A DNA stretch of 64,000 nucleotides from Eledone cirrhosa (taxonomy: Eukaryota). Below, piece after piece: positions 42,220 through 57,355 of this stretch. The stretch lies in contig OZ024747.1 in the NCBI GenBank assembly GCA_964016885.1, forward strand, positions 92,194,001-92,258,000, read 5' to 3'. The position numbers and the translations under genes were made by a program. Numbering within the stretch: the stretch's first letter is position 1; the number at the start of each line of letters is the position of its first letter. The notes below the pieces were generated by a model. That model did no database searches, had not been told where the DNA came from, and saw only the letters and a list, made by a program, of their open reading frames with translations.

Positions 42220-42490
42220 GTATGTGTATGTATGTGTGGATGAAGGTATGTGTGTGTATATTGCTTCCACCCCCTCACTGACCAGCAGCTGGCTATTGCT
42301 AAATCTGACCTTTATAAAATAACCCACACCCCAAATAACTTCTCATTCACTACCAGAAAGGGACACAGCAGTCAACCTGTTGTTGCTACCTAGATGAAAA
42401 CTGCTATGAAATCCCACAATGAATTTTATACTTGAATTTTCAAGTCTCAAATTTTAACTCTTCGTATTATTAATTTTTCTTAATATTAAT

Positions 42491-42540
42491 CAACATTTGA
42501 AAAGATGGCTTTTGCAGACCCATCGAAACCGGTCATTTTT
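42491..42540 (+). ncRNA. Minimal type I hammerhead ribozyme (U3-A8 core variant) in the PLE 3' region
   Basis: TTGAAAA (42497-42503), stem II GATGG/CCATC, GAAA, palindromic ACCGGT stem III, GUC site. Stem I is weak (one mismatch). Mirror copy at ~37163-37212 (-). Confidence 0.7.
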
Positions 42541-42695
42541 TATACCCTTTATTATTTCCTTACCTTATAAAATTATGTTTTTTCACAAAAAAGTATTCTG
42601 TCTCTTATATATTCCATGTGCCATTACCAACCTCAATTTTCTCTATAACCTTCGTTTTGTGTAGAAAATTACACTTTTCATATATATATATATAT

Positions 42696-42850
42696 AGGAA
42701 AAGAGTCAGGACTCCGACGGTTCAGCTGCGGCCGTTTCTACAACTAGATCCGAACTAGTTAAGATCTAGCATTCGAAACTACCCACTCTACTACCCTAAG
42801 TATCGAGTACTCTGGTGCGTTTTGGTATCTTACCACACTTTCTTTGTTAT
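42696..42850 (+). mobile_element. Truncated copy of the hammerhead/tail family, in the (TA)n directly 3' of the large PLE
   Basis: GGAAAAGAGTC...CCGTTTC inverted head joined to the ACTCTACTACCCTAAGTATCGAGTACTCTGGTG tail. Confidence 0.65.
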
Positions 42851-43827
42851 ATATATATACAAATTTTAGCACAGCATCAACGAAGCTTTTGGGTGCAGCC
42901 AAGCTAACGAATGCAGTTTCGGTGTGCAGCTAAGCACTCAATAGGGAATAATCCTTAGAGTTATAACATTACGTTTAGACAGCTTTGCAAATCAAATACA
43001 GCGACCGATAGTCGGGCCGCAGTGACCATAGCGACGAAGAAAACCGAACTCAGGAAACATTTTTGACTGACCTGGACCATCGCGTTAATATCATAGACAA
43101 CACATAATATATACCATACAATATACATCACATATAATATATAACATCTCCGCTAGGTTTCTGTAAATCCGAAATCAGCAAAATCCACTTGCAGGATGAT
43201 GTCAGGTCACTCTTGAGTGCTACTTGTAACATGTAACCCAGTACAACCTGTCACATGGTCGGGTCGTCGGCGACTAAACTGGCACCCCCACCAAGATTGC
43301 TTGGTGAGGAGGGTGATTTTTGGACATCCTGCGAAACGAAAAATTAATCTCGTTTAAAAGTTAAAAGGGTGGAAGAACTCATGAGAGTCAACGGCCTTCC
43401 AATACCTGAGGTGTATTGATCATTGGGTTCGTGGCAATCTTCTGCACCAACCCTTTGTTATTAACATTTCCAGAAAGTGTGGCTCGTCCTACACAAACCT
43501 TTACCACTATAAACAATTATTTCGCGTTGGTAGCTCAACAGCTCTACCAGTTCACTACCACAAAGCCCACTGTCAAGAGGGCAAAGGTGAAAGGGACAAG
43601 TAAAGGGTATTACCGGAAGTCCTTAGCTGGAGCTCTACACAGTGGCGATCATCAGGTGATGGCCGTTCATGCTCAAACTATGAGTAACTTGTGCTGTACG
43701 TGTCCTGTAGTGGTGCCAAAGCAGGTCTTTTTAGACACACACACATATTTATATATATATATATATTTCAAGCGTTAAACTAATATCTTCCTTCCATATA
43801 CCATTTGTGTTGTTTTTTCTCTTTACC

Positions 43828-43932
<105 letters not shown>

Positions 43933-44099
43933 TAACAGATTAAAGTTTAATCAAAGAATCGCTGCTTTCACCCTAAACGGGATCTTCTACGGTTCTTATA
44001 TATTTGATATATATTTATCTTATCGAGCCCACTTTGGATTTTAGTCTTCACATTTATTATTTTTACTATATATAGAGAGAGAGAGGGGGGGATAATGTG

Positions 44100-44245
44100 A
44101 AGGTGCATGCCTTAGTGACTAGAGCGTCAGGTTTACACTCGTGAGATTGTGAGTTCGAGTTTCGAAGCGGACTTTGCGTTGTGTTCTTGAGCAAGACACT
44201 TTATTTCTCCAGTTCATTCAGCTGTAGAAATGAGTTGCGACATTC
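44100..44245 (+). mobile_element. Second tRNA-derived SINE family (also ~18365-18500 +, ~28490-28670 -, ~36013-36420 +)
   Basis: GTGGCTTAGTGGTTAGAG-like A box, GAGTTCGA B box, TTGAGCAAGACACTTTATTTC core. Confidence 0.65.
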
Positions 44246-46247
44246 GATGTTTCTGAAACAATTTTGTTTATTGGTATAGTAATTGTGAAAGCGGAAACAG
44301 TAAAGCATTAAATTCTTATTTTGTTCTGAAATGATTTGGGCTTATATCCCATCCTTTGATTCCTTACTATATAAGACCTCGTTAGATTATTAGAATTCCA
44401 ATTACAATATTTTCGAATGTTTAGTACATTTCACGTCATTTGAGATGTCAATAGAAATAGTGGCTATCATTTCGTCAAGATAAGCTGTTAGCGTTTCTAT
44501 AAAATCTACTTTGTCAAAATAGCCCTGGTGGTACTTTCCCTACATATCAGTTTAGCGTTATAAAACTATTTTGATTGGTGTGCGGCGCAACTTACACACA
44601 ATATCTACATCTGTTCTAAATGTGTCTCAAAATTAATTTTATTGGCTTTCTTGATTATATCTTATTGAGTTTCCTACTGGACAATATTTCTGTTTAGATT
44701 TTATATGATTTTATTATTTTACATGTTTGGTTTGAATGATATTATTCCTAATCATGCTTTTATATGTACGTATGTATGACTCTATATGTTTGTATGTGTG
44801 TGTTTGTGGGTGTGTTTGTGGGTATGGGTGTGGGTGTGTGGATGTCTGTTTCTGTGTGTTTATCTCTGTATGTAAGAGTATTCGTGTATTTGTGTAAGAG
44901 ACGTGTGTATGAGATAGTGTTAAAGATTGCTGATTTCAGTGATAATAATTTTCTTGAATTTTAATACATATAGACACATACTGACGCAAATACATACTGA
45001 AACATCTAACTGCTGATATAGATTGGTTTTAATATTAGCTATTTTCAATGATATTTCCACCAAGCTTATACTTATTATATATAGGTCTTATGAATATGCA
45101 CTTTAGACTGGGGTCAAATGGTTTTATTTTTATTGTGAGATATATTGTTTAACGAGAATTTTGTTTTGCACTTCAAGATAGTTGTGCTCCTAAAGTAGAT
45201 TAGAAGCTTTGTATCACCATTCTTACAGTCTGTATGTTAGAGCAAATAGATATCTCTTTTTTATTATTGTTTTTTATATATATATTGTTAACACGTTAAG
45301 GAAAATGTATCTATAGAATAAAATAATTATATATTTGTAAAAGAAATTGAATGTATATCTCCGCCTATGATTTAGTTTATCTTCACATATGTGAGTGTAT
45401 CTCTATAAACATTTATATTTATTTCTGTCTTTTAAATTCGTATTGTGGATATATCATATATATATATGCAGATGGGCTTCCGTTGGTTTTGACGATGATC
45501 AACAAAGTAACCTATTCCTGAAATTAACGCATAAGTGTCAGAACATTCAACAGACAGGTGTGCTTTTGCGCTTTTAACTAAATTCTCAGGGAAATTCAAT
45601 CAGACACAGGGTAATATAAGACTAGCCTTTTGAATTACAAGTAGAGTTCATCCACCTTCCGTGTGCCCTATTTCACTCAGAGGTCATGAGTGAGGTCGAA
45701 GCTATCGTAAACAACACATGTTCAAGATTTCACACAGTGGATTCGAACCAGGTACCTAATGATTGCGAAGTAAACGCTTTAGCCATTCGGTCATACTGTG
45801 TCTACATCATACAAAATGTTCAGTACATAAATAGCACTATGCTTTTGTATAAACAATTTACTTTGAAAAACCGATTAATTTACATTGTCTAATGTAAAAA
45901 GTATCACTGTCTATTGACTGATCTGCAAGAAATATTTACCTAACTAGAGATAAATTCTTATTTCAGTCCACTAAAATACTGAGGGTTAAATAGAAGAGTA
46001 ATATGAGACATTTTAAACTTTCACTTCATCTCCAGATCAAGTACGTTTGTTTGATATCATTTTTTTGTTGTTGTAATTTTTCTGTTTTGCTTCTTTCCAC
46101 GACTTTTTCTTCCAGTTCAAACTATTTTGAAACTATTTTCCAACGGAATTTTTTCATACTTTTAAAGACACATCACTAAAATGTACTTTTCAGTAAAATA
46201 GTAAAGTATTAATAGCCACAAGAGCAGACATAATAAATTTCTTTATA

Positions 46248-46500
46248 AGGGCGGTGGATTATAAATGTATTTATAAAGGGCAGTGAATTATAAATGTATT
46301 TATAAAGGGCGGTGGATTGGCAGTAACAGTAGAAGATCGGACGCCATGCTTTGCAAGCTAGAGTTATGGCCTTTTATAGTCTGAGTTCAAATCCCGCCGA
46401 GGTTAACTTTGCCTTTCATCGTTACAGGGTCGATAAAATAAAGTACCAGTAATGCACTGGGGTAATTATTCCAAATGTAGAAACAATTATAAATGTATTT
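46248..46500 (+). mobile_element. SINE with triplicated 5' end
   Basis: GGGCGGTGGATT head three times, separated by ATAAATGTATTTATAAA. ATTATAAATGTATTT recurs at the 3' end. Confidence 0.8.
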
Positions 46501-48395
46501 AATACTGTTATATTTATCTTTCATACCAAATTGTTTTGGTTTTCTCTTATACTTCATTTTAAACAAATTATAGAATTTGGGATGACTTTAGAAAGTCTAA
46601 ATTGTATGTTTACTATACACAAATATACTGTATCTGGATCCATATGTGTCTTGGGTCTGAATCACACTGTGTTAGTGCTATAACTAATTAAAACTAGTCG
46701 GTCTAGCATGCAGTACATACAAATATGATTTCAAGAAGAATAGTTTCTTTACAAGATATATAAATCCTTAAAGATTTTCATACCTCGGTATGCTGGCTTA
46801 AAGTAGTCTCTATTGACAAAGGTTAACGAATTAGCAATACAGGTATACAGCAATCTTACCCCGATACTAAGGTAGCTGTGATATATTCATAGATTATATT
46901 GTTCACAGTGATACTAAATGTTCGTTTATTCTACATGTTATACATATAAAAATGTATATTTATTATATATACGCTTTTATTTGTAAGATTTTGTTCAGGA
47001 CCAACATATAGTTGTTTGGTTAATCGATACGTATAAACTAGTTGGCAGAAGTTTTACATTAGCTTATATATTCAAAATTCAAAATACATTGATATATATA
47101 GGACAAATTTGATTGTAACTATTCAACAGTACTGTTACCATGCTATTAAATTACACACATATAATCTCCCTTCTACTTAGTGAATCTCAATAAAACACAT
47201 GCCCATGTTAACTCAGCACTCGTTAATAATTCATCAACTAATATATTTTATCTCCCATATTTTACTAAGACAACAAACAAGATTATTCTGGCCAAAATTT
47301 TCATTTTCATTGCATACACATACAATTCTAGAAGACATTTTAAAAGTATGTTTGGCGCTAATTTTTTAGGTATTTGCATTAATTCGGTTATCATGGTGAT
47401 AGGAGCATTTTTGTGGTATTTATTGTCAGCTTGTTAAGGAATTATATTTTCTTATATCGTATGTGATCTGAAATAATGTAAATTTATATTGTTCTGGAAA
47501 CATAAACTTACATCTTTTATTGTTCGTGTGGACGTATTATCTCGTCTATTTCTATTCGAGCAATACCATTTAATGGCTCAATTTCCTCTATTTTCGTTAT
47601 ATTCAATGTGGAAAAAAATGTGTTCAAACTGTAGAAGAATTGACAAAATACTAACTTCGTGTTGTCAGCAGGGATTTCTATTAATATTCTTTGTGATTCA
47701 ATATCTTTGAACTGTATACTTTCCATCACGCTCACAGTATAGCACAGTTGTTCGCTTCAATTCTTTTATCTCGTAGTTAGGTAGGGGAAGTCATCAATCA
47801 AGAGAAAACGTGTTAAATCTCATAACTTTAGTAAGCTCTGCTGTTGACGATGATTCAGGGATTCCAAAGCAGTTAATACTTAGAGACAATATGAATATTA
47901 ATAAAAAATAAATAACCATTTCTTCATTGTATAGTTCGAAGGTTAAAATACTTCTCATAACACTTTGGAAATTTTGTTAGGAGGAGCTTGAAGTATTTAA
48001 ATAACAGTATTTTCTTGTCTTTATTTTCTATATTGTTTAGCTGTTTACAGCGTACATACATAACAATTATATTTCCTGTAAATATTAATGAATCACGGAT
48101 CAATTTTATAAGATTTTTTTTAATTGGTTTGCCTGATGAGAGAAGACATTTTATATATACTTTTTCAGCCTCCTTACTTCCGTGGTAAAGACAACAAAGT
48201 GAATTTAATGTAGTTAGAGATGAGTTTGAGTTATGTTACTTTCTGATTGGAGAGAAAATACTGGCAACAAATAGGGAGGGGGTAAGTTAGGAAAATACAC
48301 ATTTGTTGAGAAAAAATTTTAAAAGGTATGTATAGATGTCAGAAGGTTGCAGACATATATATTCTCTGTTTATATTTCGTCTAAACAGTGTCACA

Positions 48396-48464
<69 letters not shown>

Positions 48465-48467
<3 letters not shown>

Positions 48468-48813
48468 ATAATAATAAATTTGAAGACTAAAATCCAAAGA
48501 GGGCTCGTTAAGGATAAATATATATCAAATATATAAGAACCGTAGAGCAAATATTTATTAAAATAACAGATTAAAGTTTAAGCAAAAATCGCTACTTTCA
48601 CCCTTAACGGGATCTTCTGAGTTTCAGAAGATCCCGTTAAGGGTGAAAGCACCGATTCTTGGCTTAAACTTTAATCTGTTATTTTAATAAATATATATAT
48701 ATATATATTTATTAAAATAACAGATTAAATTTGCTCTACGGTTCTTATATATTTGATATGTATTTATCCTTATCGAGCCCTCTTTGGATTTTAGTCTTCA
48801 AATTTATTATTAT

Positions 48814-48820
<7 letters not shown>
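48465..48820. mobile_element. Compound palindrome between (TA)n tracts (single-arm relative at 43925-44066)
   Basis: Inner arms ~48551-48620 and 48623-48690. Outer arms ~48465-48550 and 48730-48818. Hammerhead-like CAGAAGA TCCC..GGGT GAAA at the tip. Confidence 0.7.
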
Positions 48821-48880
<60 letters not shown>

Positions 48881-48885
<5 letters not shown>

Positions 48886-49105
48886 TAGTGGTGAAAAGCA
48901 GCTAGACCATAACCCACCAGAGTACTCGATACTTGGGTTTAGTAGAGTGAGTAATATGAATATGAAAAGATTCAGGGTCCCGGCGGCTGATCTCCGGCCG
49001 TTTCGACAGCTAGATCCGAACTAAACTGCAAGTATTCGAGCGGCGAGAATCTAGCTAGATTCCCGCCGCTCGAATACTCAGTTTCATCTGATGAACGGGT
49101 TACTG
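48881..49105 (-). mobile_element. Minus-strand copy of the hammerhead/tail family with terminal hairpin
   Basis: CACCAGAGTACTCGATACTTGGG is the reverse complement of the tail motif. Near-perfect hairpin at ~49031-49080. Confidence 0.65.
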
Positions 49106-49160
49106 TAATTAAATATATATATATTTAATTACATAATAAACTATATAAAATATACATATA

Positions 49161-49201
<41 letters not shown>

Positions 49202-49277
49202 ATACTTGGGGAGGGTCATATTTGTGTAATATTGCCAGAATTAATAACAGAACACACTCACTGTATTGATAACAATA

Positions 49278-49316
<39 letters not shown>

Positions 49317-50744
49317 CATAATTACATAAACAGAGAAAGCTATTAGCGATACTCCGACCAATTCCAACTCACTTCAATTCAAACATTAGGAAATACTGGA
49401 GTATATTCCCAATTAAACGTTTGGGGTGCTAACTATATTGTCTTGTGTGGATAATTGGCTGTATTATTTTATATGAGATATATTAAAGATCTCAATTCCA
49501 TATATATATACTGTATAGTGCAGGTATATTTTATTTTTACGTTTTGCCGATTAATGAGAAAAGAATATTTAGATACGTATTACATGTTCTAGAGTATATA
49601 TTTTATTCAAACTGAAATTTTGATGTGCATATATATATATATGTATATATGTGTGTTTGTGTGTATCTATGTATGTATGTATGTAAGTGGTGAATTTTTA
49701 AAATCGCCGTGTGTGTGTGTTTGTGAGTATCTATGTATGTATGTATGCCAGAATCGTCAGAGCATCAGATAAAATGCTTTGCGTTATTTATTCCAACTCT
49801 TTGCGCTCTGCGTTCAAATTTCACTGAGGTCAACTTTGCCTTTCATGCTTTTGAGTTCAAAAATGTAAGTACTTGTTTAATACTGGGTTCATTTCTTCCT
49901 CCATGCTCTCCCACTTTCTCTCTCACTCTCTCCCTTCACTCTACCTTTCTTCTTCTTCTTCTTCTTCTTCACCCACTTATTCATGAGAACGTTATGGGTG
50001 CAGAATTCTCAAACACCCCTAACCTGTCTCTCTCTAAATGAAATCGTCTGTATTCTCATCTGGCGGAAAGAGACATAGAGGAAGAGTCGATTCTAGTTTT
50101 GGGAAGGTACTTTATTTATCGACCTCGAAAAGATAAAAATCAAAAGTGACTTCGATGGAATTTGAATTCGAGGAGCTGGAACCAATATCACGAAGCATTC
50201 TACCCATTGTTTTAACGAGTCTGTCAATTTGTCACCAATTAGCATTGTTATTATCAGTATATTTTAGTAATATTTGATATTTTTTTCATTGGATTTTGTT
50301 ATCTGTTTCATTTGTTTTAATAATATATAATATGCTTATCTCTTTCATCTTTTTTCATATGTTTATGTTGTTTATACAATTTATACAATTTAATATATTC
50401 ATACAATATGATATACATAATATACAGATATGTGAAAGTTACGATATGGAGTCATGAGTGTGAACAATTGACCTCTAACTCCAATACTTAAAATTACTTA
50501 TAAACATTTCAATAAATTTTATTTTGTGATCAAATCACGTTTATATTTGGTTTATTTCTGTTAATAATAATGAGACAAAGTGAACATAATATGGCTTATG
50601 TATTCTGTTACAACCGCGACACATGTACAATGAAATTTATAGACATGTATCAGATATACATATAAGTATAAATAGTTCAAACGCATGCACATATGTTTAC
50701 ATCTGCATGGTCCCATATCTTATTACATTACACACACACACACA

Positions 50745-51777
<1,033 letters not shown>

Positions 51778-51782
<5 letters not shown>

Positions 51783-52795
51783 ATACTTTGGGAGGGTCAT
51801 GTTGCCAATAAGAAACACACGCACCAGTTGCTTTCACTTCAATTTATTATATATTTATAAATTTACAAATTTATAAATTTCTGGTTGGTTGGTTGGTTCC
51901 ACAACCAGATAGTTGTTTATATATAGTCATAGTCCTTTCGTCACACACTCTGTGACCTCTTCAGTGACTGGGGATTCCTTTCTTTGTTTCTGTGCCTCTC
52001 CTTTGTTCTGTCCTACGCCATTTTGTTTCTGTGTGTGTGTTGTGTGCTCAGTTTGCGCATGCGCCACATCCGGGTGTCTGTGTGTGTTTATGGTCATTTA
52101 TCTATTTGTTTATTTATTTATTTATTTATTTATTTACATGTTATTGGTTGTTTGTTCTATGTGTGTGTGTGTTTTCATTTTGTCCTTAATTGTAAGTCGT
52201 GATGTTGCTGTTCCACTCATATTTCCTATTTAATTTTGATTGTAATTCTTTTATGTTCATTGCTTCTGTAATTTGTCTAAACATTGCATCTTTTCTGTGT
52301 GTAGATTCTATTTTTATTTCTATGTTCTCTAATTTACCCTTGTGTTCTATCTTAGCATGTTGGTAGAGTACAGATGATTCTTTATTATCTTGAAGGTCTC
52401 GCCAGTGTTCATTTATCCGCATACACAGACACCCGGATGTGGCGCATGCGCAAACTGAGCACACAACACACACACAGAAACAAAATGGCGTAGGACAGAA
52501 CAAAGGAGAGGCACAGAAACAAAGAAAGGAATCCCCAGTCACTGAAGAGGTCACAGAGTGTGTGACGAAAGGACTATGACTATATATAAACAACTATCTG
52601 TTTGTGGAACCAACCAACCAACCAGAAAGTTATAAATTTATAAATTTGTAAATTTATAAATATATAATAAATTGAAGTGAAAGTAACTGGTGCGTGTGTT
52701 TCTTATTGGCAACATGACCCTCCCAAAGTATAACAATATCGGTTTCAACACACGATTTCAGATAAAGAATCTTACTAAACAAATTCAGAAACGAA
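51778..52795 (-). mobile_element. Penelope-like remnant: GIY-YIG C-terminal fragment between ~310 bp inverted pLTR arms
   Basis: Arms 51778-52085 and 52421-52738. 52186-52420 (-) encodes RINEH...SVLYQH..EH...RQITEAMNI...LN..E. Related ends at 5305-5352 and ~49198-49220. Confidence 0.85.
52537..52581 (+). ncRNA. Minimal type I hammerhead ribozyme
   Basis: AGTCA, CTGAAGA, GGTCAC..GTGAC, GAAA, GGAC, TA, TGACT. The sense-orientation mirror is at 51925-51969 (-). Confidence 0.8.
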
Positions 52796-52796
52796 A

Positions 52797-52895
52797 TATA
52801 TATATATATCATACATATATATATATATATATATCATACATATATATATATATATATCATACATATATATATCATACATATATATATAAATATAT

Positions 52896-52930
<35 letters not shown>

Positions 52931-53123
52931 TACATATATATATAAATATATATCATACATATATATATATATATCATACATATATATATATATATATATC
53001 ATACATATATATATATATCATACATATATATATATATCATATATATATATATATATATCATATATATATATATATATATCATATATATATATATATATAT
53101 ATCATATATATATATATATATAT

Positions 53124-53160
<37 letters not shown>

Positions 53161-53283
53161 TACATATATATATATATATATATATATCATACATATATAT
53201 ATATATATATCATACATATATATATATATATCATACATATATATATATATATATATATCATACATATATATATATATATATAT

Positions 53284-53314
<31 letters not shown>

Positions 53315-53383
53315 CATACATATATATATATATATATATCATACATATATATATATATATATATCATACATATATATATATAT

Positions 53384-53436
<53 letters not shown>

Positions 53437-53929
53437 TACATATATATATCATACATATATATATATATCATACATATATATATATATCATACATATATAT
53501 ATCATACATATATATATATATCATACATATATATATATATATATCATACATATATATATATATCATACATATATATATCATACATATATATATCATACAT
53601 ATATATATCATACATATATATATATATCATTCATATATATATATATATATATCATATATATATATATATATATATATATCATATATATATATATATATAT
53701 ATCATATATATATATATATCATATATATATATATATATATATATATCATATATATATATATATATATATCATATATATATATATATATATATATATCATA
53801 TATATATCATATATATATATATATATATATCATATATATATCATATATATATATATATATCATATATATATCATACATATATATATATCATATATATATC
53901 ATACATATATATATATATCATATATATAT

Positions 53930-54006
<77 letters not shown>

Positions 54007-54237
54007 TACATATATATATATATCATACATATATATATATATCATATATATATATATATCATACATACATACATATATATATATCATACATTATATATAT
54101 ATATATATCATACATTATATATATATATATCATACATTATATATATATATCATACATTATATATATATATATATCATACATTATATATATATATCATACA
54201 TTATATATATATATGATATATATTATATATATATATA
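52797..54237. repeat. Compound array [CATACA(TA)n] with unit drift
   Basis: Directly visible. It accounts for the 508 aa pseudo-ORF. Confidence 0.9.
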
Positions 54238-55250
54238 TGTAAGTTATAAGAATCAAAGTTCTGATCAAATCATTTTTATGCTTACAATTGTTTCCTCCAA
54301 ACCGAGGTTTGGATTCTTCGGAGCAATTTATTAATGGATGATCACATATATGACCTTCTTTTCAACCCAAGAGACATACAGATACATATGCAAACATTGT
54401 TGCTCGGCAGGTCGACAACCATTATAATATTTAGTGTGGCAGTATACATTTAAAGGTTACATTTATATTAAAAGAGGTTAAAATCAAAAATTAAGGTTAA
54501 AATACAACATGAAATTAATGCGATAGGATAGTCATAAGCAGTTATTGAGTGCAAAAGTTACACGTGTGGCATGCACGTGTGTCTTGTTTATATAATGCTA
54601 TTGTGCGGCAGAGTGTTACATGCAAAAGAAGCACTTAAACGGGCGATCAAGAGTGTTAAGGGGGTTGAACTGGTAATGAATCATTTATACGAGTGTTACA
54701 GAATTTTATAAAGGTTTCATTACCAGTTCAACCCCCTTAACACTCTTGATCGCCCGTTTAAGTGCTTCTATTGCATGTAACACTCAGCCGTACAATAGAA
54801 TTATATAAACAAGACACACGTGCGTGCCACACGTGTAACTATTGCACTCAATAACTGCTTATGACTATTCTATCGCATTAATTTCATGTTGTGTTTTAAC
54901 CTTAATTTTTGATTTTATCCTCTTTTGATATAAATGTAACCTTTAAATGTATTCCACCACACTAAATATTATAATGGTTGTCGACCTGCCGAGCAACAAT
55001 GTTTGCATATGTATCTGTATGTCTCTTGGGTTGAAAAGAAGGTCATATATGTGATCATCCATTAATAAATTGCTCCGAAGAATCCAAACCTCGGTTTGGA
55101 GGAAACAATTGTAAGCATAAAAATGATTTGATCAGAACTTTGATTCTTATAACTTACATATAACTGCTCTGTAAAACATCTGATGTTAGTACATTGAGCT
55201 ATTCAACTTACTGGTAATATGGTAGTAATATTACTGCCTATCACTATTTA
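54236..55250 (+). mobile_element. Fold-back element with ~450 bp arms and ~90 bp tail
   Basis: Arms ~54236-54690 and ~54706-55160 with scattered mismatches. Tail carries CATTGAGC. Confidence 0.8.
55071..55117 (+). ncRNA. Minimal type I hammerhead (U4C core variant)
   Basis: TGCT, CCGAAGA, TCCAAACC/GGTTTGGA, GAAA, palindromic ACAATTGT, GUA, AGCA. Mirror at 54279-54325 (-). Confidence 0.7.
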
Positions 55251-55512
55251 GGGTTTGTAAAAATATATATAACTACAAAAGGTTTTTGTATTTGCATAAC
55301 CAAAAATAGTATCCTTAATACTATTAATACTATATATATATCTGTGTGAATGTGTTTGTATGTATGTATATATATATATATATACGGTGGGGTTGTATGT
55401 GTGTGTGTGTGCATGCGTTTGTATATATAAATATATATACATATATGTGAGTGTATATAAACACATGTGAATATATTTATATACATTCACACATCGTTCT
55501 CTTTTTGCTTCT

Positions 55513-55569
<57 letters not shown>

Positions 55570-55574
<5 letters not shown>

Positions 55575-56015
55575 CAAAATAGTAACAAATGAAGATATTC
55601 ACATAATCAAAATATTTGCTTTATTATATATATTTCGAAGGTACTGTGTTGTTGTTTTTTTCCAGTACGTCCTCGTCAGATAAAATATATGATTTAATAT
55701 ATGACATACCTCTACAGTTCTGATATTTCAAATCCTGTATTGGCAGTACTGCCAATACTGGATTTGAAATATCAACACCGTAGAGGTATGTCATATATCA
55801 AATCATATATTTTATCTGACGAGGACGTACTGGAAAAAAAAACACAGTACCTTCGAAATATATATAATAAAGCATATATTTAGATTATGTGAATATCTTC
55901 ATTTGTTAATATTTTCAATAATATTAAAACTCCGGGAATATTTCTTTGTTGAGTCCTTTTAATCTATTGTAAAACTGTATTCATTGAGTAATCACTGAAC
56001 CATATTAATCTTTGG

Positions 56016-56017
<2 letters not shown>
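55570..56017 (+). mobile_element. Fold-back element with ~175 bp arms, almost no spacer, and ~95 bp tail
   Basis: Palindrome centred on GGCAGTACTGCC (~55747). Arms 55570-55747 and 55748-55922. Tail carries CATTGAGTA. (TA)n on both sides. Confidence 0.8.
55811..55871 (+). ncRNA. Type I hammerhead ribozyme
   Basis: TTTAT, CTGACGA, stem II GTACTG/CAGTAC, GAAA, TATATA, TA, ATAAA. Mirror at ~55620-55685 (-). Confidence 0.72.
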
Positions 56018-56057
<40 letters not shown>

Positions 56058-56112
56058 GTGTGTGTGTGTGAATGTGTTTGTATGTATGTATTTACATATA
56101 TATATATATATG

Positions 56113-56208
<96 letters not shown>

Positions 56209-57355
56209 CATATATTGGATGGAAGTATTGGCTTCCATGTATGTGTATGTTGGTGATAAAATACGCCAATCACAAACAAGATAGACACTTTTTAGAATTT
56301 CAAAAATGTGTGAAACGTTCGTGTTTAAAGTTTTAATTGACGTTAATGTGCATATCAGATGAAAATATGTATTACTTCTATATATTCAAACTTAGGGAGA
56401 AACTCTCTGTATAGTTTTCCTCAGACGTCTGAAGACAATACAATTTCTTAGAAGTTTGTGTACAAGGTGTGAAGCGGCCTCATTACATTAATGCTACTAA
56501 TAAAATCGACCACGAAATAATGATATATTCGACCCCAAAACATTTTCATTCAAACCTGGAAGAAGTTAGCTTTATACACAAAGTATGTTAGTTTGGAGGT
56601 CTATTGTTCCGCGCCTCTACCACATTTTCGATGTCATAATATTAACACTAATGTAGAAATCCATTATAATTACATCAAATTTTAAAATTACTAGATACTA
56701 AATATCATAGTTTCTGCTCCGTATGTTTCTCAGTTGGAATTCGTATATTTAGCTCTTCATCTGTAATGAAATATTTGCTAGCATTTCTTACAGTTGCCCC
56801 ACTACATTGGTCACATCCAATGTAGACTTTGTATAAACATCGAAATATGTGACATTGATATAATGTTTTGTGATTTCTATTTCGTAACTGACCAATGTCT
56901 AGTATTTTTACAATATCTGTAACTCAAGTGTTCCATCTACCTGCTTTGTATACTAAGATATATCGCCGAGCAGCAAGACAACCCCGACAATTAAGTCTTT
57001 CATCAACTAATGTTTGCTACATTCGAGTGTAACTAATGGATCCTTCTAGTTGAAAGGGTTTAGATCAGTTGTTTTGTTTTTTTGTTTTTTTTTTCTTGTA
57101 ATATGTGTGACATTGTCACTATCTCTGTGGGTTTGAATGACATGAATGCGATTAATTCAAGTATCCCAAACTGTGTATGTGTAAATGTGTGTGCATGCAT
57201 GTGTAACTGTATTTGAGCATACACCATTTTATATGTATATTTTACAGTCTCCATAATAATGCCTTTGACCTTAAGGAAATTTGGAAATCAGGCTTTATCC
57301 TACCCGACCAACACTTTCTGTAATCAATGTGGCATACTTTAGTAAGTACCAATCG

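Noticed and set aside
52690-54216. 508 aa ORF and the many other YI/CV/HT-rich ORFs in the track
   Set aside because: Translations of TA/CA microsatellites that lack stop codons.
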